NCBI GenBank assembly: GCA_963838925.1 | Contig: CAWISW010000002.1 | Span: 480,001-544,000, forward strand | Origin: an uncultured Nitrososphaerota archaeon | GTDB taxonomy: Archaea; Thermoproteota; Nitrososphaeria; Nitrososphaerales; Gagatemarchaeaceae | Direction of reading: 5' to 3' | Length of the DNA stretch: 64,000 bases | Notes under the pieces: model-generated | What the model saw: only the letters and a program-made list of their open reading frames with translations | The model's database searches: none | What the model was told of the DNA's origin: nothing | Shown: positions 37,192 to 46,007 of the stretch, one piece after another | How positions within the stretch are numbered: the stretch's first letter is position 1 | Layout of the letters: every line of letters starts with the position of its first letter | Program-made: the position numbers and the translations under genes

Positions 37192-37946
37192 CTGAAGAGG
37201 TCCGTGCTCCGCTTGCGCACTATGCTCTTGACTCCGGACTCGGCCCGACTGTACTCCACGCCCCTGACCACCGCGACGGGAACGAGGGAGAGCTTCCTCA
37301 TGACGAGCTCCGCCGCGGCCGCGACCTCGTCCACGACCGCCGGCTGCGTCACCCTGAGGACGTAGCCGAACGGGTCCTTCCTCCCCGCGAGCGACTGGGT
37401 CGGTGCGATCCCTGAGCAGCCGATCGCCAAGTCGATCTGACCCTCCCGCCACGGCCTGCCGAAGGTGTCCGTGATGACGACCGCGAGCCTCTTCTTGGTC
37501 GCCCTCTCCAGCCCCAGCCTGATCCTCTTGGCGCTCGCGTCCGGGTCGAGCGGAAGCAGGGCGACATAGCCGCTCTCCACGTTCGACATGTCGATGCCAG
37601 AGTTGGCGCAGACGAAACCGTGCTTGGTCTCTGTTATCAGCACGCCGTGCCCCTTCCTCACCACCCTCCTAGACTCGCGGAGGACGAGCTCGATGACCCG
37701 GGGGTCTTTTCCGAGCTCCCGGGCGAGCTCCGCGGCCCTCTCACCCGGCTTCACTCCTCTCAGCTTGACCAGCCTCCCCTCGCTCTTGGAGACCACCTTC
37801 TGCGTGACGACGACGATGTCGCCCGCGGCGAGTTCGAAGGAGTTGGCGCGCAGCGCCGCGACGACCAGCGAGCTCAGCTCGTCACCCTCCTGTATGCGCT
37901 TGATCCCCGTGACGGGCACGACCAAGACGTTCGAGGGACTGCGCAA
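37188..37946 (-). CDS. cofE: Coenzyme F420-0:L-glutamate ligase
   Basis: QKVVSKSEG, CANSGID.SN, DTFGRPWR.GQ and DE.AAAA. Confidence 0.93.
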   Translation of the reverse strand: MRSPSNVLVVPVTGIKRIQEGDELSSLVVAALRANSFELAAGDIVVVTQKVVSKSEGRLVKLRGVKPGERAAELARELGKDPRVIELVLRESRRVVRKGHGVLITETKHGFVCANSGIDMSNVESGYVALLPLDPDASAKRIRLGLERATKKRLAVVITDTFGRPWREGQIDLAIGCSGIAPTQSLAGRKDPFGYVLRVTQPAVVDEVAAAAELVMRKLSLVPVAVVRGVEYSRAESGVKSIVRKRSTDLFR

Positions 37947-38051
37947 GACGCCTACGGACGCCTGCCAGAAATAGCCCTGCTTATGAAATGTCTCGCATCG
38001 AAATAACTATGGTTATAAGGGTGGGAAGGCTCGGACGGAAGAGGATTCTCT

Positions 38052-40187
38052 ATGGTCAGCAGCGAACAGGTCCTCGAAGCGTTGCGACGAGTAAAGGACC
38101 CCGAGCTCCAGAGGGACGTCGTCTCGCTCGGCATGATAGAGGAGCTCAAGGTCGACGGGGGGGCCGTGTCGTTCACTCTCAACCTCACCACGCCCGCCTG
38201 CCCTCTGCGCGCGGAGCTGGAGGCGGACGTCAAGGCCGCCCTGAGGGCGCTGCCGGGCGTCAAGGACGTGAAGATGAAGACGAGCGCGCACATCCCGGCC
38301 ACTCGCCTCCCAGACCAGGGCGAGGTGATGAAGGGCGTGAAGAACGTCATCGCGGTCGCCAGCGGCAAGGGTGGGGTGGGGAAGACCACCGTCGCGGTCA
38401 ACCTGGCAGTGAGCTTGGCGGCGGCGGGGGCCAGGGTAGGGCTTCTCGACGCCGACATCTACGGGCCCACTGTCCCAGTGATGATGGGCGTGCGGGAGCG
38501 GCCTGGTGCGGTCGGGAACATGATGGTGCCTCCCGCCGCGCACGGGGTGAAGGTGATCTCCCTGGGGTTCTTCTACAAGGACGACACCCCCCTCGTCTGG
38601 CGGGGTCCGATGGTCGCCGGGGCGGTCAAGCAGCTCCTCACTCAGGTGGAGTGGGGCGACCTCGACTACCTCATCGTCGACCTGCCACCTGGGTGCATGC
38701 CTGCCGGCACGTTCGTAATGACCGCCAATAATGCTCCCAAACCTATTGAGAAAATCAAAGTCGGCGACTTCGTCTTCAGCTATGATGGCAACAAACTCGT
38801 CCCGAGACGGGTTCTTGGTGTAGTCCCTCAAGGCAAACAGAAAGTGTTCAAGGTCAAAACACCGAACAGGACTGTGATTGCGAGCGCAAATCATCCCTTT
38901 CTGAAGTATCACCCCAGAGGCAGGCACTATTGGCGTCGGTTGGACCAGCTGAAAACCGGAGACAGAATCATGGTGACGAATTGCATAAGGGGGGGCGTGC
39001 CTCTCAGGCTGCCAGCTTTGGCACACAAGTCAGAGCGCATCTCAATTCCAAGCGTCACGACAAGCGATTTCATGCGAGTGGCGGGCCATTTTCTGGGAGA
39101 CGGATTCGTCAAGAAAGTCAAAGCTCGTAAGAGTCCCGCCGAGCTGAGGATTCGTGAGCCGAAAGGCAGCAAATTCCATGCAAAATACGACTCGCTCTAC
39201 AAGAAGATCTTCGGAGTCAAGACATTCCTCGATAACGACGGACAAAAACTTGCAATATCCTCCGGTGCTATGGCGGAACTCTTCATCGCCTTGGACTTGG
39301 CCCACAGCGCGAGGACGAAGGATGTTCCCGATTGGGTATTCTCGCTGCCACTGGACCAAAGGGTGTCTTTCATTATGGGCTACGCAGAAGCCGATGCGCA
39401 TATCAGACATCGCGAAGGTCAGAAAATGCTGGACGACTCCACCGGGATGAGTAGGTTGGTCTCGATTGTACAAGACACGGTCTCAGTTGGAAGCACCAAT
39501 GAGAATCTGGTCAGACGTCTACACGAGCTTTGTCTGATGAGCGGCCTGCGAGCGAACAACGTCAGGTCGAGAGCAAGAAAGGGAAACCTGTTGAAGTCCG
39601 GACGGTTTATCGGTCCAAGCGTAGAATTTGGGTTTGAGTTTTCTCTTAAGCCTGACACCACCGAGTTCAAGATTGCGAGAATAACCGGAATCCACCCAGC
39701 CGGAGAGGTTGATACATACGACCTGCAGGTCGACGAACACCAAAACTTTGTGGCTAACAGCATCTTAGTCCACAACACCGGGGACGCCTCGCTCACACTT
39801 GCTCAGACCGTGCCGCTAGGAGGTGTCGTGATAGTCACGACCCCGCAGGAGGCCTCCCTCAACATCGCGACAAAGTCACTGGCGATGTTTAGGAAGCTCA
39901 ACGTCCCGATACTGGGGATCGTCGAGAACATGAGCTACTTCACTTGCCCGCGCTGCGGCGAGAAGACCTACATCTTCTCCGAGGGAGGCGGCAAGAGGGC
40001 GGCGAAGGCCCTCGACGCGCAGTTCCTGGGCGAGATACCGATCTACCCGCTGATCAGGGAGCAGTCCGACGCGGGGACGCCTGTGTCCGCGTCAGCGCCC
40101 GATTCGCCTGAGAGCGCCGCGTTCAAGGACATCGCCTTCAAGGTCGCGGGAATGGTCAGCATAGTCGCCTACGAGAACTCGCAGTAG
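38052..40187 (+). CDS. apbC: Mrp/ApbC (Nbp35) Fe-S cluster carrier ATPase with N-terminal DUF59 domain, intein-containing precursor
   Basis: DPEL..TTPACP, GKGGVGKT, DADIYGP, WRGPM, DLPPG[intein]TGD, TTPQ and ENMS..CPRC; spliced product 350 aa. Confidence 0.93.
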   Translation: MVSSEQVLEALRRVKDPELQRDVVSLGMIEELKVDGGAVSFTLNLTTPACPLRAELEADVKAALRALPGVKDVKMKTSAHIPATRLPDQGEVMKGVKNVIAVASGKGGVGKTTVAVNLAVSLAAAGARVGLLDADIYGPTVPVMMGVRERPGAVGNMMVPPAAHGVKVISLGFFYKDDTPLVWRGPMVAGAVKQLLTQVEWGDLDYLIVDLPPGCMPAGTFVMTANNAPKPIEKIKVGDFVFSYDGNKLVPRRVLGVVPQGKQKVFKVKTPNRTVIASANHPFLKYHPRGRHYWRRLDQLKTGDRIMVTNCIRGGVPLRLPALAHKSERISIPSVTTSDFMRVAGHFLGDGFVKKVKARKSPAELRIREPKGSKFHAKYDSLYKKIFGVKTFLDNDGQKLAISSGAMAELFIALDLAHSARTKDVPDWVFSLPLDQRVSFIMGYAEADAHIRHREGQKMLDDSTGMSRLVSIVQDTVSVGSTNENLVRRLHELCLMSGLRANNVRSRARKGNLLKSGRFIGPSVEFGFEFSLKPDTTEFKIARITGIHPAGEVDTYDLQVDEHQNFVANSILVHNTGDASLTLAQTVPLGGVVIVTTPQEASLNIATKSLAMFRKLNVPILGIVENMSYFTCPRCGEKTYIFSEGGGKRAAKALDAQFLGEIPIYPLIREQSDAGTPVSASAPDSPESAAFKDIAFKVAGMVSIVAYENSQ
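38694..39776 (+). mobile_element. Intein (361 aa) with LAGLIDADG-type endonuclease region
   Basis: Starts CMPAGT, block B ASANHPF, VAGHFLGDG and FIMGYAEADA motifs, ends YDLQV...NFVAN.ILVHN with Thr+1; more AT-rich than the exteins. Confidence 0.93.
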
Positions 40188-40190
40188 AGC

Positions 40191-40292
40191 TTGGCAGAAG
40201 AACTCTTGAATCGGGACGCGAAGAAGAAGAAAGGGAAGAGGAAGAAGCGCCCTCCGTACCGTAAGTCGTGGTCGCCTCCCAGCAGAAAGTGA
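40191..40292 (+). CDS. Putative 33-aa highly basic small protein, not in the ORF track
   Basis: TTG 3 nt after the apbC stop: MAEELLNRDAKKKKGKRKKRPPYRKSWSPPSRK; fills the gap to moaB. Confidence 0.5.
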   Translation: MAEELLNRDAKKKKGKRKKRPPYRKSWSPPSRK

Positions 40293-40299
40293 ACGTCGC

Positions 40300-40833
40300 T
40301 CATCTTCCTCTCGCGAGGTGGAGCACGTGGGGAACTTCCGGCAGGAACAGCTCCAGCGCTGTCCTAACGGCGTCGGGAGAGCCTGGGAGGCAGACGATGA
40401 GCTTGCCCTTCGCGACCCCAGCGGTCGCGCGGGAGAGGGCAGCTGCAGGCCCGATCTTCTTGTAGCTCACGGCCCTGAAGAGCTCCCCGAATCCATCTAT
40501 CTCTTTCTCGAAGAAAGGCCTCACGGCTTCGATCGTGACGTCCGTCGTCGAGACTCCTGTCCCCCCCGTGAGGACGAGCACGTCCAAGCCTCTCCTTCGT
40601 AGGGCGAGGGAGACGGTGCTCCTCAGGAGCTCGGCGTCGTCGGGAACGAGCTCCCTCCTCTGGACGACTCCCTTGGCTTGCTCGATGATGGCCTGGGCGA
40701 GGTCGCCCGATTCGTCGCCCGGAGCCATCGCCCCCTTCGCGCGAGCCTTGAATCGGCTCGTGCTGACCGTTACGACCTGGTAGCGGAGGCGGCCCTTCGG
40801 CGCCTCGTCCCTGTGCGCCTCAGGAGCGCCCGT
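40300..40833 (-). CDS. moaB: MoaB/Mog molybdopterin adenylyltransferase
   Basis: HRDEAPK, TVSTSR, D.SG, TGGTG...DVT.EA, GFGELFR, SRA.AG and LPGSP; the N-terminus needs ACG 40833. Confidence 0.9.
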   Translation of the reverse strand, partial: TGAPEAHRDEAPKGRLRYQVVTVSTSRFKARAKGAMAPGDESGDLAQAIIEQAKGVVQRRELVPDDAELLRSTVSLALRRRGLDVLVLTGGTGVSTTDVTIEAVRPFFEKEIDGFGELFRAVSYKKIGPAAALSRATAGVAKGKLIVCLPGSPDAVRTALELFLPEVPHVLHLARGR

Positions 40834-41269
40834 TTCCCTTCACCTTCTCCAAGACTCTGATCCCTTCGATCCTTGCGGTCGGGTACTGGCCCCGACCGTC
40901 CTTCTCGTAGGCCTTCACCACGTCCCAGATGTTCAGGAGCGCGATGCTCACCCCGGTGAGCGCCTCCATCTCGACCCCGGTCTTCTCGTGTGCGGAGACG
41001 GTGACCGTCGCCTCTATCGAGTCGCCCTGCAATGTCTCTACGACTTCAATGTTCTCGACTTTGAGGGGATGGCAGAGGGCTAGCATCTCAGGCGTCTTCT
41101 TGACCGCCAGCATCGCCATGGTCTTTGAGATGGCCAACGGGTCGCCCTTCTCGAGTCTTCCTTGCTTGATCAGCCTCAGAGTCTTGGGGCTGAGGACGAG
41201 CCTGCCTGTGGCCGTGGCCTGCCTGAAGACCACCGGCTTGTGGGAGATGTCCGCCTGCCTGACGCTCAT
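40820..41269 (-). CDS. moaC: Cyclic pyranopterin monophosphate synthase MoaC
   Basis: DISHK..R.A.A, KGD, LCHP, TGVEMEAL and WD.VKAYEK; start at ATG 41269. Confidence 0.93.
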   Translation of the reverse strand: MSVRQADISHKPVVFRQATATGRLVLSPKTLRLIKQGRLEKGDPLAISKTMAMLAVKKTPEMLALCHPLKVENIEVVETLQGDSIEATVTVSAHEKTGVEMEALTGVSIALLNIWDVVKAYEKDGRGQYPTARIEGIRVLEKVKGNGRS

Positions 41270-41342
41270 GAGATGGAGGGCCAGGCGCTCGTTCCGGAAT
41301 TTAGGCTTTCTTTCCCTGACCGAGGGGCGCCGCCAGACCGGC

Positions 41343-41660
41343 TCAGAACTTCTTGGCGTCGAAGCCGCTCTTCTCGAACTTCGTCGGGCTACGCCCCGGC
41401 TCCGGCTTCCTCTGACGCCGCTTTTCCGAGTCTGAGGCCTTGTCCGCATCGGCGCCTGACTTCGTGGCGTGACAAGCGGGGCAGAGAGCTCGGAAGTTCG
41501 AGGTGGGCGACGCCCCCCTGTTCGGTGCCGCCGCCGTCTGCTCGAAGTGAGGCGGGGCCCTCCCCACTGGCTCGAGGTCGGTCTGGCACTTGTCGCACTT
41601 GAAGGCCTGCCGTCTGAGGATCTCTGTCTTCCGGGACGAGGTCAGAGAAGATGTCTGCAT
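41343..41660 (-). CDS. HNH-like zinc-binding protein, probably catalytically degenerate
   Basis: ILRRQAFKCDKC...SNFRALCPACH.TK; the expected DH is replaced by EQ. Confidence 0.6.
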   Translation of the reverse strand: MQTSSLTSSRKTEILRRQAFKCDKCQTDLEPVGRAPPHFEQTAAAPNRGASPTSNFRALCPACHATKSGADADKASDSEKRRQRKPEPGRSPTKFEKSGFDAKKF

Positions 41661-41786
41661 GGGCCAGACGGGACCGCCACTCCTGATAAGCCATGTGGTC
41701 TTGCGAAGGCGGCCCGGGGGCAAGCGAACGGGAAGAATCTCTTTAAAGCTGAGAGAAGGGTTGTGTGTGGGATTCCGTTATCAAGA

Positions 41787-42206
41787 ATGCCTGATGGCAA
41801 CGAAATTAGGGGCAACACGCTTAAGGTGTACATGCACCTGTTGAAGCACGGCCCCTCCGAGCTCAGAGACGTGCAGCGGGAGATTGGCCTTTCGACCCCC
41901 TCGCTCGCCTCGTACCATCTGGGAAAGCTCGTCGAAGCTGGCTATGTGAAGCAGGACGAACTGGGCAGGTATGTCGTGACGGGGGAGGCGTTGGGAGAGG
42001 TCCTGGCCGGCTACTCGAAGATAGGCGTGGCGATCGTTCCGCAGCTCTTCTTCTTCGCCCTGCTCTTCACAATCCTCACGGCGTTCTTCTCGATTGAAGT
42101 CATCCTCTACGCGAACTTCACCCTCTTCTTGGTCGCCGTCTCCTTCGCGATGGTAGTCATCCTTTGGTTCGAGACGGTCCGACTCTGGAGGAAGCTGGTT
42201 TCCTAG
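41787..42206 (+). CDS. Membrane-anchored winged-HTH transcriptional regulator
   Basis: GNTLKVY.HLLK.GP..LRDVQREIGLSTPSLASYHL.KL, then two C-terminal TM helices. Confidence 0.78.
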   Translation: MPDGNEIRGNTLKVYMHLLKHGPSELRDVQREIGLSTPSLASYHLGKLVEAGYVKQDELGRYVVTGEALGEVLAGYSKIGVAIVPQLFFFALLFTILTAFFSIEVILYANFTLFLVAVSFAMVVILWFETVRLWRKLVS

Positions 42207-42397
42207 TGCCTGGCTTGATATTGGATTTATTGCAATAAACGTGTGAAGTCTCCAGAAGATTTTTAATTTTCAACGCTCTTGAAAGCCCCTTCAGCGGCGT
42301 AGCATAATCAATCCTACTTGCCGTTCTGTGCCTTGATGTTCCGCATCAGAACGGCAGCGAACACGGCGGGCAGCCCCCTGGGCGAGGTGCGCAAGAA

Positions 42398-42739
42398 ATG
42401 ATCGAACAAGAGCTGACTTCGGACTTTGGCGAGACGCCGCCTCTCCGCAGGTTGCGCCCGAGGAGGTCCGCCCTGGAGCTTAGGATGGACATATTGACAG
42501 TCGTGAGAGACGGTGCCCAAGGGCCCACCCAGATCATGTTCAAGGCGAATCTTTCTTGGAAGCTCTTGACGCAGCACCTAAGGGAGCTTGTAGACAACGG
42601 CATTCTCTCCGAGCACAGCATCAAGAACAGGTTCTTCTACAGGCTGACGGACAAGGGGATAAGCATCCTGAGATCGTATGTCCATGTCGCGGACCAGTTC
42701 AACATGGTCGACCGCTACGGGATGCACTCTGACCTGTAG
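42398..42739 (+). CDS. Archaeal winged-helix transcriptional regulator
   Basis: RRS.LE..MDIL....GPTQIMFKANLSW..L..HL...YRLTDKG pattern. Confidence 0.8.
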   Translation: MIEQELTSDFGETPPLRRLRPRRSALELRMDILTVVRDGAQGPTQIMFKANLSWKLLTQHLRELVDNGILSEHSIKNRFFYRLTDKGISILRSYVHVADQFNMVDRYGMHSDL

Positions 42740-42912
42740 AGTCGGGAAGAAGATGACTCCGCCATCCTCCGATGTCGGCTCTGGCCTCGCCGATGCTATT
42801 TCTTACAGCTGCAGGCGCTTCGGCCTCGAAGAATCTCAGCTTTCAAATGCTTTCAACCGCCTTGAAAGTACCCTCACCGGAGTAACTTAATCAACCCCGG
42901 CGGTCGTTGTGA

Positions 42913-44547
42913 ATGCGAAGCAAGGTGGCGGCGAAGGAAACGGCGAGTTACGGCCTTGCGGCCGTAGCGATAGCGGCGCTCATCATAGCCGGGTCTGTCA
43001 TATCCATGACCCTCGCCGCGCCGACGTCCCAGTCAATTCAGACTTCTTCCCAGTTCTCATCGGCCCAACAGCCGCCCCAGACATCCTCCACCCAGGCGAC
43101 GACCCAGAACAGCTCTAAACTCGTCACGACCGTCCAGCTCGAAAGGCCGGGCTCTGGAGCGTCAAATCAGTCGAGCACGACCCAAGGCCTAGGCGAAAGC
43201 GGGATCCTCAGCGTCTATCTCACCGATGCGCCTGCGTCGGGCGCGAACCTCAAGTACCTCTTGGTCAACGTCACCAGCCTGGCGGCCGCGTATCAAGGCA
43301 ACGGCACCTTGGACGCTTCGTCCTCCACGGCGAGCGCGTCCTCGACTGGAACCCAAGCCCTTAGCGTCTACATCCTCACCGTCCCATCGACGGTCGGCAT
43401 GAATGTCAACCTGACCAGCCTTCAAGGCCAGTCCCTCCCCCTCGGCGGCGCCGAGTTGCCTGCCGGAAGCATCAGTTCGGTTGTCGTCGACGTCAGCGGC
43501 GCGAAGGCCTTCTACACTGACGGCTCGACGGATCAGATCCCGGTGGTGGCGAATGGGGAATTGCCCGTCCCCATCCAATTTGGCCTGCAGCCGAACGGCT
43601 CCACGGACCTTACGCTCGACCTCAGTCCCAGCATGGCAAGCATCAACGAGGGCGTTGTCTTGACACCTGTGATCCACGCCATCGCCGTGGAGAATGGACT
43701 TAACGGTGCGACCACGGTTACGGTCACAACCACTGAAAGCCTGCCTCCGAGCACGTCCACTGTGACCTCGACTCAGACAGTGACGGCTCCAACCGTGACG
43801 ACGACAGTCGCATCGCCGACGACGACGACTCAGACGGTGACGGGTCCTGTTGAGACTACCACCGTCACCTCGCCCACGACGGTGACGACCACGACTGGCA
43901 TCGTCGTAACTTACGTCTCACCGACGACAACGACTCAGACAGTCACCTCCACGACTACGCTTCCACCCAGTACCACGACGGTGACCTCAACTACCACTCA
44001 GACTCCCTCTACCGCCACGACTTCGACCACTACTCAGACTGCGACCACAACGACAACCTCCGGCAGCGCCACCACCTCGACCACAACTCAGTCTTCACCT
44101 ACCACGACGACCTCAACCGCCACAAAGACTTCGACCACCACAGTTACATCAACCACGACTCAAACTCCCCCCACTACCACGACCTCCACATCTACTGCGT
44201 CAACCACCTCGCCCCCAACTACCACCACGACGTCCACCGCCACGGCGACATCAACGGCGACTCATACCACCACGACGACCGTGACATCAACCGCCACCAC
44301 GACGGAGACTTCGACTGCCACTCAGACCTCCACGGTCACAGTGACAAGGACCAGCACCACGACAGTCACGACGACCAGGACTACCCGCAGCGGCGCTGCC
44401 GTCCCAGTGGGAGCTAGCACCGAACCGCCATCAGCTGGTGCCTATGCCCCGGCATGGGCGTCCCCCACCCTTGCTCTAGGAGCGCTCTTGGTAACCGGCG
44501 CCACCGTCCTGGCGCTACCAAGATTCCGCCGAAGCTCAGGCGGATAG
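42913..44547 (+). CDS. Cell-surface protein with DUF4382-like domain, long Thr/Ser-rich stalk and C-terminal TM
   Basis: N-terminal hydrophobic helix, LSVYLTDAP motif, LTLDL...LTPVI, about 210 aa of Thr-rich sequence, then TM + RFRR. Confidence 0.78.
   Translation: MRSKVAAKETASYGLAAVAIAALIIAGSVISMTLAAPTSQSIQTSSQFSSAQQPPQTSSTQATTQNSSKLVTTVQLERPGSGASNQSSTTQGLGESGILSVYLTDAPASGANLKYLLVNVTSLAAAYQGNGTLDASSSTASASSTGTQALSVYILTVPSTVGMNVNLTSLQGQSLPLGGAELPAGSISSVVVDVSGAKAFYTDGSTDQIPVVANGELPVPIQFGLQPNGSTDLTLDLSPSMASINEGVVLTPVIHAIAVENGLNGATTVTVTTTESLPPSTSTVTSTQTVTAPTVTTTVASPTTTTQTVTGPVETTTVTSPTTVTTTTGIVVTYVSPTTTTQTVTSTTTLPPSTTTVTSTTTQTPSTATTSTTTQTATTTTTSGSATTSTTTQSSPTTTTSTATKTSTTTVTSTTTQTPPTTTTSTSTASTTSPPTTTTTSTATATSTATHTTTTTVTSTATTTETSTATQTSTVTVTRTSTTTVTTTRTTRSGAAVPVGASTEPPSAGAYAPAWASPTLALGALLVTGATVLALPRFRRSSGG
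43740..44390 (+). repeat. Low-complexity Thr/Ser codon repeat (coding)
   Basis: Degenerate ACN-rich units such as TTTTQTVT and STTTVTSTTTQTP. Confidence 0.8.
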
Positions 44548-44593
44548 GTGTCAGACCCGCTGCATCGATGACGCCCCTTCTGCCAACTGCGGC

Positions 44594-46006
44594 TTACTGC
44601 TTCGCCCGAATCTTTTGCGCTAGGAGCTTCGCAACCACCCCCGGCTGGGCCCTTGGCTCATCCTCGAGGACCTGGCCGACGAGGTAGCTGAACGCCTTCT
44701 TGTCGTTCCGGGCCTCGTCCAGGGCTCCTGGCCTCGCCAGTAGCACGCCCTCGATGACAGCTCCGATGGCCTTCTCGTCGACCACCGCAGAGAGGTTCTT
44801 CTGTTGGACGACCTCGCCGACGCGCTTCCCCGTGCGGAGGGCCTCGCGCAGGGCCTCCTTGGCCTGGGCACGCGTTATGGAGTTCGAGGCAACCTTGCGC
44901 ACGAGCGCCACGAAGTCTTGGGGGGAGATGGCGCGCTCCCCGGCCACTGCGCCCCCCTCGAGCTCCCCGACGATGAGGCCAGCCATCTCTTGATACGCGC
45001 TATCGAGCTTCGCGCACTCCTCGAAGAACGAGGAGAGGTCGTTACGGGCCGCCAGCTCCCTCGCCAGCTGGGGCGAGAGGCCGAAGTCCTTCACATACCT
45101 CGCGGCCTTCGCGCCCGCCACCTCGGGCATCCCTTTCCGCACGGCCGCGACGGCGCTTGCGCCAAGGACGATCGGGCCGAGGTCGGGCTCAGGGAAGTAC
45201 CGGTAGTCCTGCTCCTCCTCTTTGGAGCGGAGGGCGATAGTGATGCTCCTGCGCTCGTCCCAGTGCCTGGTCTCGCTCGTCGCGTTCCCAGAGAAGGTCC
45301 TCTGCCTGAGTATCTCGTAGTTGAGGGCCTTCTCCACCTCCTTGAACGACGAGATGTTCTTCACCTCGACCCTCGCCCCTCCCGCCAGCGAGATGTTCGC
45401 GTCGCACCTCATCGCCCCGTCCAGCTCACCGTTCGAGACCCCGAGCGACTCGATCGTGGACCGCAGCTTCTCGAGGAACATCTTCGCCTCCCTTGCGTCC
45501 TCGAAGTCTGGCTCGGTGACTATCTCCACGAGGGCGATGCCCGCCCTGTTGTAGTCCACAAGGCTGTGGCTCGACTTGTCTATGGTCCCCTCGTATGTCA
45601 GCTTCCCGGGGTCCTCCTCAAGCTGGATCCTCGTGATCCGCACCCTCTTCCCCTCGACGTCGACGGACCCGGAGGAGGCTATCGCTACGCCACCCGCCTT
45701 GTCGTACTGGCTTATCTGGAAGCCCTTCGGAAGGTCGGGGTAGAAGTAGTTCTTCCTGTAGAAGAGCGAGCGGCTCGCCACCTTGCAGTTCAGGGCGAGG
45801 GCTACCATCGTGGCATATTCCACCGCCTTCGCGTTCAGGACGGGGAGCGTCCCCGGGAGCCCGAAGCAGACCGGGCATATCTTCTCGTTGGGCTCGCTCT
45901 CGCGGTAGTCCGAGGAGCAGGAGCAGAAGAGCTTCGTCTTCAGGGCGGTGAGCTGGCAGTGGACCTCGAGCCCGATCTTCACCTTGAGCCTCGACCCGGC
46001 CTGCAC
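44594..46006 (-). CDS. gatB: Asp/Glu-tRNA amidotransferase subunit B
   Basis: IGLEVH, RKNYFYPD, EEDPGK, DYNRAG and YRYFPEPD; start at GTG 46006. Confidence 0.95.
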   Translation of the reverse strand: MQAGSRLKVKIGLEVHCQLTALKTKLFCSCSSDYRESEPNEKICPVCFGLPGTLPVLNAKAVEYATMVALALNCKVASRSLFYRKNYFYPDLPKGFQISQYDKAGGVAIASSGSVDVEGKRVRITRIQLEEDPGKLTYEGTIDKSSHSLVDYNRAGIALVEIVTEPDFEDAREAKMFLEKLRSTIESLGVSNGELDGAMRCDANISLAGGARVEVKNISSFKEVEKALNYEILRQRTFSGNATSETRHWDERRSITIALRSKEEEQDYRYFPEPDLGPIVLGASAVAAVRKGMPEVAGAKAARYVKDFGLSPQLARELAARNDLSSFFEECAKLDSAYQEMAGLIVGELEGGAVAGERAISPQDFVALVRKVASNSITRAQAKEALREALRTGKRVGEVVQQKNLSAVVDEKAIGAVIEGVLLARPGALDEARNDKKAFSYLVGQVLEDEPRAQPGVVAKLLAQKIRAKQ

Positions 46007-46007
46007 G

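Noticed and set aside
35559-37946. F420 genes as evidence of methanogenesis
   Set aside because: cofCDE are established in non-methanogenic Thaumarchaeota, and no methanogenesis genes are in the window.
43740-44390. Repetitive ACC/ACG-rich tract as a CRISPR array or VNTR
   Set aside because: No fixed repeat-spacer period; synonymous variation shows a Thr/Ser-rich coding stalk.
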